DNA from: an uncultured Clostridia bacterium
GTDB lineage: Bacteria > Bacillota > Clostridia > TANB77 > CAG-508
DNA: 64,000 nucleotides
NCBI GenBank assembly: GCA_947573445.1
Contig: CANPFR010000001.1
Coordinates: forward strand, 86,984 to 150,983
Direction of reading: 5' to 3'
Position numbers and translations under genes: made by a program. The notes below the pieces were generated by a model, which was not told the origin of the DNA, ran no database searches, and worked only from the letters and a program-made list of their open reading frames with translations. Below are positions 20,120 to 27,964 of the stretch, in pieces. Positions within the stretch are counted from its first letter, which is position 1. The number at the start of each line of letters is the position of its first letter.

Positions 20120-20185
20120 ATGCCAAAATTGTCTTCCATTTTTCAACTTAAAATAATCAAAACTACTAAACTTTATTGTTTGTAG
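20120..20185 (+). CDS. possible 21-aa peptide MPKLSSIFQLKIIKTTKLYCL
   Basis: AAGGAAG RBS 6 nt upstream. It is the only ORF downstream of the 20030 promoter. Very short, so weak. Confidence 0.2.
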   Translation: MPKLSSIFQLKIIKTTKLYCL

Positions 20186-20266
20186 TCTTCTTTGCTAAGG
20201 TTTTCATTACATTGAATTGAAAAATTTATGTTACTAAATCTGAAAATAAAAACATAGGAAAGTTTT

Positions 20267-20798
20267 TTATTTCCAAATTTCGCCATTAATAAATTTTACT
20301 AAAGCCATGATAAATGCTTGTTTTGTCAAATCGATTCTAGAAATCTCATCATGCGTTAACTTGTTAATTCCACCACCTTGTTTGTTCAATTCTTTTCCAT
20401 GAAAAAGTTTATCCATTACTTTTCCAAGCTCTGTAGATTTGATTTCTGCCAAATATTTTTCTGGAATTGGGAAACCTGCACTTGCCCCCACACTTTGCTC
20501 ACCCACTGAATTTTCGATAACTGCCATATTAAAATCTAGCCATTCTCCTAATAGATTTGTGATTCCTGCTTCACTTGCAATAAAAAAATCAGCTTTGATA
20601 TTATTTACTTCTGCATACTTTTTCAAATTTTTGACCCTATTTTTAGCACCTCCGCAAAATTTCTTCATTAATTGGCTGATTCCCCACATTAGATTCCACA
20701 GAAATCCCTTGTATTTCAACATTTTCAAAATATTTTGAAAATGCTTGTCTTGCACCTTCTATTTTTCCTGGATTTTTAGTTCCCATTAATAATTTCAT
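20267..20798 (-). pseudogene. inosine/xanthosine triphosphatase (YjjX/DUF84-like) with +1 frameshift
   Basis: ATG at 20798 (ATGA overlap with the upstream stop) gives MKLLMGTKNPGKIEGA...NQPINEEIL, then a stop. The next frame continues CGGAKNRV... through the rest of the YjjX-like sequence. The shift lies in the A/T run at about 20656-20659. Confidence 0.8.
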
Positions 20799-21535
20799 TT
20801 TTTCCTCCTTATAATTGGCTTGTCTTCTATGATCAAACCTGGATTAATCTCGGTCATTAATTCCCAATAATCTTGGTCTATTATTTTTAATAATTTCTTT
20901 TTTATTTCATCAAACTTCTCATAAAAACATCGGTTGATATGATGAACATCAGAGGAAAGATAATGAATCTTTTCATCCTTTAAGAATTTCTTGAGTGTTT
21001 TTTTAGCATCTTTTCCATAAGCTCCAATGATACTTGCATAATTTGACTGAAAAATGATGTCTTCCTCAAAATATTCTTCTATTTTTTTCGGTTTTTTTTG
21101 CAAATATTGATATCTTTCTGGATGTGCAATCACAATTTGAAAGCCTTTTTGTTTTACTTTGTCAAGTAATTTTTTCACAACTTCCTGTGGTAGTTCTTGG
21201 TACATTGGTAATTCGATTAAAGCGTAATGACTATTGGCTAATGTTGCAATTTCATTATTTTCTAATAAATCTCCCATATTTTCAGAAATAAAAATTTCAT
21301 TTCCTAATAACATTTTAATGAAAATTTCTTCTTCTTTTGCCTTGTTTTGCACTTCTTCTAAAACCTGTTGATTTTGTTTTATTGTCTTAATGTGCCCTGG
21401 TTCAGCATAATGTGGCGTAAAACAAATTGTACTAAATCCTGCTTTTTCAGCTGATTTTAGCAAATCGATTGTTTCTTCCATACTTTGTGAACCATCGTCT
21501 ACCTTTGGTAAAATATGACAATGTAAATCTATCAT
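20795..21535 (-). CDS. PHP-family protein-tyrosine phosphatase (CpsB/YwqE type)
   Basis: MIDLHCHILPKVDDG start, HPERY and SDVHH motifs. Confidence 0.88.
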   Translation of the reverse strand: MIDLHCHILPKVDDGSQSMEETIDLLKSAEKAGFSTICFTPHYAEPGHIKTIKQNQQVLEEVQNKAKEEEIFIKMLLGNEIFISENMGDLLENNEIATLANSHYALIELPMYQELPQEVVKKLLDKVKQKGFQIVIAHPERYQYLQKKPKKIEEYFEEDIIFQSNYASIIGAYGKDAKKTLKKFLKDEKIHYLSSDVHHINRCFYEKFDEIKKKLLKIIDQDYWELMTEINPGLIIEDKPIIRRKK

Positions 21536-21567
21536 AATTCCTCCTTTTGAAAAATTTCATTTTTATA

Positions 21568-21597
21568 TTGACAAGTAGGTAGTTTTTGCGTTATAAT
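21568..21597 (+). promoter_or_regulatory. tRNA-Lys promoter TTGACA-18-TATAAT
   Basis: Consensus hexamers about 15 nt upstream of the tRNA 5' end. Confidence 0.6.
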
Positions 21598-21612
21598 AAT
21601 AATGTTATAAAT

Positions 21613-21688
21613 GCGCTATTAGCTCAGTTGGTAGAGCAGCAGACTCTTAATCTGATGGTCGGAGGTTCGACCCCTCTATGGCGCACCA
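21613..21688 (+). tRNA. tRNA-Lys (anticodon CUU), CCA encoded
   Basis: Folded by hand. Acceptor stem is 7 bp with one G-U, D stem is GCTC/GAGC, anticodon loop is CTCTTAA, T loop is TTCGACC, ending in CCA. Confidence 0.95.
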
Positions 21689-21690
21689 GG

Positions 21691-21726
21691 AATATCAAGC
21701 CTTTTGTGGTTTGATATTTTTTTATT
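21691..21726 (+). terminator. terminator after tRNA-Lys
   Basis: Stem aatatcaagcc/ggtttgatatt plus a T-run. Confidence 0.65.
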
Positions 21727-21789
21727 TTAATCTAAAAAGTGGACTTTAGGAATTTTTTAGTTTCTCGTTTTATAAATTGATTTGTTCTT

Positions 21790-22080
21790 CTAGTCTGTTA
21801 TTTCATTATGAAAATCCTCCAGAAACTCATCATTTGTTTTATTGGATTTATCATTTTCTGGTTTTTTTTCAATTTCTTCAGCCTCTTTTATCGCATCTAA
21901 CATCTCATCACTAAATTGGGGGGCCTTTATTTGAAATGGAATACCATTATTTAAGATAATTTGTTTCAAATAAATATTAATCGCTTCAGCAGATGTCATT
22001 CCTAATGTAACTAAAATTTTCTCAACTTGTTCTTTCACTTCTGGCTCTACTCTTACATGAATTGAACTCGTTTTAGCCAT
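21790..22080 (-). CDS. RelB/DinJ-family antitoxin-like protein (no partner toxin)
   Basis: MAKTSSIHVRVEPEVKEQ...MTSAEAINIYLKQI is a ribbon-helix-helix DinJ pattern. GGGAGG RBS before the ATG at 22080. Acidic C-terminal tail. Confidence 0.78.
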   Translation of the reverse strand: MAKTSSIHVRVEPEVKEQVEKILVTLGMTSAEAINIYLKQIILNNGIPFQIKAPQFSDEMLDAIKEAEEIEKKPENDKSNKTNDEFLEDFHNEITD

Positions 22081-22176
22081 ACCTTTTACCTCCCTCTCTT
22101 TTTTTGACAATATTGTAGCACATTTGTTATACATTGTCAACCACATTGCAACCAAATTGCACGTAATCTTCTTTTA

Positions 22177-23430
22177 TTATTCATACCTCAAAGCATCAAC
22201 TGGATTCAACTTAGCTGCTTTATTGGCTGGATAAATACCAAATATGATTCCTATGACGCCACAGAACCCTATGGTTTTTGCAGTAGTTACCATATTGATA
22301 GCTAGTACAAATCCACTTTCACTAAATTCAGAATTACTAATAAATTGATTAACTCCATAGACAACTCCCATTGCAATCAGCATTCCAATGACTCCAGAAA
22401 GAATCGTGAGCATAATTCCTTCAATTAGAAATTGAAGTTTAATATTTCCTGAATTTGCACCAAGTGCCATTCTAATGCCAATTTCTTTGATTCTTTCATT
22501 AACAGAAACTAACATAATATTCATAATACCAATTCCACCAACCAATATCGAAAGCCCCGCAATTCCACCAAATACTAATTCGATTATTCCAAATACGGAA
22601 CTTAATTGATCTTCATAAGAAGAAAAATCTTGCTCCATGAAAAATTCATTTGAATTCAAATATTCTAACAGTTTATTATTAACCGTTTCAGTTACTGTAT
22701 CCTTTAAATCAGGTGATATTGGCTCAATTTGATAATATTTTTGTTGTGGTATAATATCTTGGCCAAAATGGTATTTTGCATAAGAATTGAGTACATATAC
22801 AACAGATTCGTAATAAGTATCTTTGGCAGAATACACACCAATTACTTCAAAATCAATATTGTTTATTTTTAGCGTGTTACCAATAACATCGTTACTTTTT
22901 CGTAACATTTTATTTGCAATTTCAGTTGATATCACACAAAATGGTAATCGGTTAATATCATCCATTTGTGAAAAATTTCTTCCTTCTATTAAGGAAAGCT
23001 GAGATGTTTCACTCATATCTAAGGCACTATAGGTAATCGCTTGACATTGATAAGAATTCCACCACATTCCACTGGATTCCTCTGCCTCTTTTTGACGCAT
23101 TTCATCAACCTCTTTGTAGCTATATGTTACAAGTTCATCCACCTTTTTTATATTTTCATCTTTCTCTAGTGCAAATATCTCACTACTTGGAATATTAATT
23201 ATATTTGTTCCTGTTTCTTCATCAAAAGAACCTGTAATCGATACCTTAATTTTGGAAGTATCATCCAAAAAAGATAATTGACTTGTAAGTGAATGTTGAG
23301 TAGCTGTTGAAATTGCAAAAATAATAGTGATTGAAAAAATTCCAATGATAATGCCAAGCATCGTCAAAAAAGTTCTAAGTTTATTTGTTTTAAAAACTTT
23401 AAACACCATTTTTATGGATTCATAAATCAC
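22177..23430 (-). CDS. ABC transporter permease, MacB/FtsX type
   Basis: N-terminal transmembrane segment, a large extracytoplasmic domain, and a C-terminal FtsX 3-TM bundle (...IGIRMALGA...). Confidence 0.9.
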   Translation of the reverse strand: MIYESIKMVFKVFKTNKLRTFLTMLGIIIGIFSITIIFAISTATQHSLTSQLSFLDDTSKIKVSITGSFDEETGTNIINIPSSEIFALEKDENIKKVDELVTYSYKEVDEMRQKEAEESSGMWWNSYQCQAITYSALDMSETSQLSLIEGRNFSQMDDINRLPFCVISTEIANKMLRKSNDVIGNTLKINNIDFEVIGVYSAKDTYYESVVYVLNSYAKYHFGQDIIPQQKYYQIEPISPDLKDTVTETVNNKLLEYLNSNEFFMEQDFSSYEDQLSSVFGIIELVFGGIAGLSILVGGIGIMNIMLVSVNERIKEIGIRMALGANSGNIKLQFLIEGIMLTILSGVIGMLIAMGVVYGVNQFISNSEFSESGFVLAINMVTTAKTIGFCGVIGIIFGIYPANKAAKLNPVDALRYE

Positions 23431-24116
23431 TATCTTTCACCTACTTTCACATCAGAAATAATTTTTCCATCTGATACCGTAATTTTTCTTCTAGCTTGAT
23501 TAGCAATATCAATATCATGTGTTACAACAATTACGGTTTTGCCCTCTTTATTTAGTTCTTTTAAGATATTCATAATCTGAATTCCAGTTGCTTCATCTAA
23601 AGCTCCTGTTGGTTCGTCTGCAATAATAATTTGAGGATTAGTCACCAAAGCTCTTGCAATAGCAATTCTTTGCTGTTGACCTCCAGATAGTTCGTTCGGT
23701 TTATGAGAAAGTCTTTCCTTAATTCCCACTTTTTCAGCATATTCTTCGATTAATTTTTTACGATTTCTCCTTGGCACTTTTTTATAAATCAATGGCACCT
23801 CAATATTTTCATAAGCAGTCAACTTCTGTAATAAGTTGAAATTTTGAAAAACAAAGCCAAAATATTTATTTCTAATCTTTGCCAGTTGTTTTTGTTTTTT
23901 CTTATTGATTAAAATATTATCTAGAAAATATTCTCCTTTTATTTGCTTATCTAAACAAGCAATTGTATTCAACAACGTCGTTTTTCCAGAACCAGATTTT
24001 CCAATAATAGCAACAAACTCCCCTTGCTGTATCTCAAGTGAAACATTATTTAAAGCAATAACGGAGTTTTGTTTGGATAAAACATACTTTTTTTGAATAT
24101 TTTTTAACTTAATCAT
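23430..24116 (-). CDS. ABC transporter ATP-binding protein (MacB/LolD type)
   Basis: GKSGSGKTT, LSGGQQQRIAIARAL and IIADEPTGALD motifs. Confidence 0.93.
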   Translation of the reverse strand: MIKLKNIQKKYVLSKQNSVIALNNVSLEIQQGEFVAIIGKSGSGKTTLLNTIACLDKQIKGEYFLDNILINKKKQKQLAKIRNKYFGFVFQNFNLLQKLTAYENIEVPLIYKKVPRRNRKKLIEEYAEKVGIKERLSHKPNELSGGQQQRIAIARALVTNPQIIIADEPTGALDEATGIQIMNILKELNKEGKTVIVVTHDIDIANQARRKITVSDGKIISDVKVGER

Positions 24117-24148
24117 ATTTTATATCTCTTTCAACTAAAATTTATCAA

Positions 24149-25015
24149 TTACCAAGCTAATTTTATAATACTCTGACCTTCTTGCAATCCTTCTGTCACT
24201 TCTATGGTTTTAGAAGTGATAAGTCCTGTTTTTATATAGGTTCTTTTTTCTTCTGGTATTGCCATTCCTGTGCCATTTGTCCAGGATTGGAACAAATCTT
24301 CTTTGCAGTTTTCAGTAAGAACGTAATATCTTCCATCATCTGTCATAGAAACATAAGCATAAGGAACTGTTATGACATCCTTTTTTTCTTGAGTAACAAC
24401 ACTGACATTACTACTATACCCAAATTTTACATCTTCTGAATAATCAATTTTAATTCGTACTGCATATCTCTCATTTTGTGGCAGACTCGCAATATAGGAA
24501 ACTGTGCCTTCTAGTTCTTTCTCTAAAGCTGGCACATTTATAATCGCTCTTTGGCCAATTGCAATATTAGGAATGTCTTTTTCTGAAAACGTAACTTTCA
24601 CCCCAACATCATCAATGTTATAAATACAATATTCTGTATTTCCTAATTCTTTTTCGATACAAAAGAATTTACCTGATATTCCCGCTTTTAAAATTTTTTC
24701 TTTTCCATTACTTGTAACTTTCATGATTTTTTCATTACTTTTTATTGATTGACCTTCTGATACTAAAATTTCTTTTATTTGGTCACCTGTTTCTAATCTA
24801 ACAGTTTCTATCTGAAATGAAGTAATATTACCACTACTGCGTGCATAAGAAATAACATCATTTTTGGAAACTGTGTGAGTTGTAAATAAATTATCAGAAT
24901 AAGAATTTTCCACCTCTTGGTACGCCGAAATTCTAGTTTTCACAACATTTACAATAATCATTACAATAACTGCAATAACAGCTATTACAATGACTGCATT
25001 CTTTAACTTTCTCAT
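24149..25015 (-). CDS. HlyD-family periplasmic adaptor-like protein (paralogue 1)
   Basis: N-terminal transmembrane segment, a lipoyl-like hairpin (GDQIKEILVSEGQSIKSNEKIMKV) and a beta-barrel region. Confidence 0.78.
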   Translation of the reverse strand: MRKLKNAVIVIAVIAVIVMIIVNVVKTRISAYQEVENSYSDNLFTTHTVSKNDVISYARSSGNITSFQIETVRLETGDQIKEILVSEGQSIKSNEKIMKVTSNGKEKILKAGISGKFFCIEKELGNTEYCIYNIDDVGVKVTFSEKDIPNIAIGQRAIINVPALEKELEGTVSYIASLPQNERYAVRIKIDYSEDVKFGYSSNVSVVTQEKKDVITVPYAYVSMTDDGRYYVLTENCKEDLFQSWTNGTGMAIPEEKRTYIKTGLITSKTIEVTEGLQEGQSIIKLAW

Positions 25016-25030
25016 TCAAAATCTCCCTTT

Positions 25031-25996
25031 TTATACATCTTCCTCGATACCAATCTGACCATTTTCATAATGAAGTCTCCAATACTCTCTCCAGTATTCA
25101 TTCCAATATTCACTCCAGTATCCATTATAGTAGTCTGAAATATCTTCCATATCATATTCTAGTTCATCTGGATTTTGAATTTCTGACTCCTCCATTGGTA
25201 AATCTGATTCGCCCAACATATCTTCTGAAAATTCAAGCATATCTGGTACTTCAATGTTAGATGTATTGGGCACATTTTTATAGGTTATGGCCGTTTTTCC
25301 AATTTTTATAAAACTGTCTTTTGTATCGAATTCTTTGACTGTTGTATCAATTTCTTTGTCAAGCAAAATCTCAGCTTTGGCTGTATACCCAAATTTAATT
25401 CTTTCATCATAATCAATTTTTACTTTTACCTTTATGATTCCGCCATTTGAAATCTTTGAAATATAATACACTTTACCAGTTATCGCTTCTGACAAAGAAT
25501 TAATATTAACATTAACAAATTGGCCTATTTTTAATTTTGAAGCTTCTTCTTCCCCTACTTCCATTTCAAATCCTATATTTTCTAAGTCATAAATGAGATA
25601 ATTTTTTCTATCCTTCATCTCTTCTATAAAGAATTTTCCAGAAATTGTAGAATATATAACACCAGTTGCATCTTGATTGGATACTTTTAAAATTTTTTGA
25701 TTGGCTTTAATTATGTCGCCTTCATTAACGTACACTTGTTCTATTTTTGACCAATGTTCCGTGTCTATTTTTTCTGTATGAAAAGAGACTATGGTACCTT
25801 TCCCTTTAATTGTTTTTGACTCTTCTTTTTCCTGAATCCCTTGCGTCATTTCTCCCTCTTCATATAGCATTCCCTCTTCAGGCGGGAACTCAATTATCTC
25901 TTGTGTGGAAAAATTTCGTTTATTAACTGTTAATACCACTAATACGATAATCATTATTATAACAATAATTGTTATTATCTTTTTTTTCATTTTCAC
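25031..25996 (-). CDS. HlyD-family adaptor-like protein (paralogue 2) with W/Y-rich C-terminal tail
   Basis: Same architecture as 24149..25015 (IEQVYVNEGDIIKANQKILKV; KVKIDYDERIKFGYTA versus RIKIDYSEDVKFGYSS). The tail is YYNGYWSEYWNEYWREYWRLHY. Confidence 0.75.
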   Translation of the reverse strand: MKMKKKIITIIVIIMIIVLVVLTVNKRNFSTQEIIEFPPEEGMLYEEGEMTQGIQEKEESKTIKGKGTIVSFHTEKIDTEHWSKIEQVYVNEGDIIKANQKILKVSNQDATGVIYSTISGKFFIEEMKDRKNYLIYDLENIGFEMEVGEEEASKLKIGQFVNVNINSLSEAITGKVYYISKISNGGIIKVKVKIDYDERIKFGYTAKAEILLDKEIDTTVKEFDTKDSFIKIGKTAITYKNVPNTSNIEVPDMLEFSEDMLGESDLPMEESEIQNPDELEYDMEDISDYYNGYWSEYWNEYWREYWRLHYENGQIGIEEDV

Positions 25997-26142
25997 TCCT
26001 TATTTTCGTCATTATATACCATTCATGACAATATGTAAATGATTTTTAAGATTTTTTCCGTTTGTCTCAAAATTAGACCTCTTGTTTTCATTCTATTGAA
26101 AAAATTTGCAAAAAATTGTATACTAAAGATAAGGAGAAAATA

Positions 26143-26598
26143 ATGAAAATTAATATTGAAAAAATCATTAACCATACATTAGAAAATAATCAAATCTATT
26201 TAAAAATAGAAATGAAAAGTGAAAATGAAAATACAGAAGACTTCATCCAATATATTGAAAATTTTGAAAATAAAAAAGTTTTTGTGATAAATAACAATGA
26301 ACTAAAAAATATAAAAATAAATGATATTTTATATTTCTACAGTGATAAAAAATATAATTATTGCAAAACAACAAAACAAGAATTTAAAATAAAAAGTAAA
26401 TTATATGAATTAGAAAAAATGAATCCAGATTTTTTAAGAATATCAAAAAGTTGTATTATTAATCTTCAAAATGTAAAATGTTTCGATTTGGGTGAAACAG
26501 GAAAAATTATTGTGAAATTTTATAATAATTTAGAACAACCAGTATCCAGAAGAAAAATTCATGATGTTATGAATTATTTAGAGGAAAGGGGGATTTAA
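26143..26598 (+). CDS. LytTR-domain DNA-binding protein (no receiver domain)
   Basis: C-terminal LytTR pattern (FLRISKSCIINLQNV...VSRRK). AAGGAG RBS before the ATG at 26143. Confidence 0.85.
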   Translation: MKINIEKIINHTLENNQIYLKIEMKSENENTEDFIQYIENFENKKVFVINNNELKNIKINDILYFYSDKKYNYCKTTKQEFKIKSKLYELEKMNPDFLRISKSCIINLQNVKCFDLGETGKIIVKFYNNLEQPVSRRKIHDVMNYLEERGI

Positions 26599-26599
26599 T

Positions 26600-26887
26600 A
26601 TGAAGTTTAGAAAGGTCTTTTTTAGTTACATTTTATATTATTTTTCAGGAAACATTTGTTTTAATATGGTTTTTGCCATCACAAAAACCACTTTTATCAA
26701 TCAATTGGGAGCAAAAGAAAGTTTAGGCAACAATTTACTATTTAGTTTTCGCGAAACTTTTGTATTTTATACGTTTCTGTTTATGATTCTATTGATTGCC
26801 AATATAACCTATAAAAAATATACAATTACTCAATTAAACCAAAGATTAAATAAAATAAAAAAAGGAGGTGATCATTATGAAAAATAA
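26600..26887 (+). CDS. small membrane protein coupled to the LytTR gene
   Basis: Starts 1 nt after the LytTR stop and has at least two hydrophobic helices. Confidence 0.7.
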   Translation: MKFRKVFFSYILYYFSGNICFNMVFAITKTTFINQLGAKESLGNNLLFSFRETFVFYTFLFMILLIANITYKKYTITQLNQRLNKIKKGGDHYEK

Positions 26888-27125
26888 AAAATTAATGATT
26901 ATCATATTCATCATCCTAGCAATCTGTGCAATTGGATTTGGCTTATTTAGAGCTACTCATAATCCAAACTATTTATACAATGAGGATGGAACTATTTCAG
27001 ATGGACATCAGGATTTAATTGAACATTTAAAAAGCGTTGAAGATGATGTTGAAAGAAAAAAACAGGTTGACTTTTCTTTAGAACAAAATATTATTACACA
27101 AGAAGAAGCTAATAAGTTATACTAA
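26877..27125 (+). CDS. small single-pass membrane protein
   Basis: AGGAGG RBS, N-terminal transmembrane segment, overlaps the previous gene by 11 nt. Confidence 0.65.
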   Translation: MKNKKLMIIIFIILAICAIGFGLFRATHNPNYLYNEDGTISDGHQDLIEHLKSVEDDVERKKQVDFSLEQNIITQEEANKLY

Positions 27126-27168
27126 ACAATAGATGAGATACCCATTTCGTGTATCTCATCTATTGTTT
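27126..27168. terminator. bidirectional hairpin terminator
   Basis: 17-bp stem aacaatagatgagatac/gtatctcatctattgtt. Confidence 0.6.
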
Positions 27169-27893
27169 TTCTTCAAATATTCCATTCCTTTTTTCGCTTG
27201 CGAATATTCTTTAAAATGATTTATTTTATACTTTTTTCCATTCATCATAAAATTGGATCCTGTTTGATGAAAATCAAATGGAACTTTATATTTATCGCAA
27301 GTCTTTTTGATTTTTTCTACCCAAGAAAAATCGCAAACACGAGCATTCTCATAAGATTCCCCACCAACTGAAACCAAATCTATCTTGCCACTCTCTAAAA
27401 AATGACTTAAATCAATTTCTTCTAAAATGGGCGAAACAAAAATATATTTCCTTTTTACTTTTATCTCTAAAAAAATAGGTAATCTTTCTTCTGTTTTCTC
27501 CTGATTTTCACATGTAACCGCTAGAATCACATTATCATAACCATCTCCCCAATCACTTGGAATACAGCTATTGAATCGTTCTATTCTTTTGGTACAAATC
27601 AGGAAATTAACATCCTTTCTTTGTTTAATAATCTGCCAAGCTTCATCTCTCCACTCATCAGCTTCCTGAATAAAAAAATCAGATGTAAAACAGGTGGCAA
27701 CTTCACTTCCCGAAACTATCTTAAAATTACCATTTCTATCTTTTTTTAATGGTAAATTAAAATTTGTTTTTGACCTTGTAACAATGTTAGAATCTTTATT
27801 ACGCAATTGATCTAGAAAATAAACATAACAATTTAAACATCCTGGACTACATTTGTGGCAACCATGCCATGGATTCCACTGTAAATGACGCAT
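27156..27893 (-). CDS. DUF5131 (phage Gp37/Gp68) family protein
   Basis: N-terminal WNPWHGCHKCSPGCLNCY three-Cys motif, typical of the family. Confidence 0.85.
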   Translation of the reverse strand: MRHLQWNPWHGCHKCSPGCLNCYVYFLDQLRNKDSNIVTRSKTNFNLPLKKDRNGNFKIVSGSEVATCFTSDFFIQEADEWRDEAWQIIKQRKDVNFLICTKRIERFNSCIPSDWGDGYDNVILAVTCENQEKTEERLPIFLEIKVKRKYIFVSPILEEIDLSHFLESGKIDLVSVGGESYENARVCDFSWVEKIKKTCDKYKVPFDFHQTGSNFMMNGKKYKINHFKEYSQAKKGMEYLKKNNR

Positions 27894-27964
27894 TTTTTCT
27901 CTCCTTTTGAGTATTATATCAAAAAATCAAGTAGTTAGCAACTACCTGATTTTTAAATATTTTT

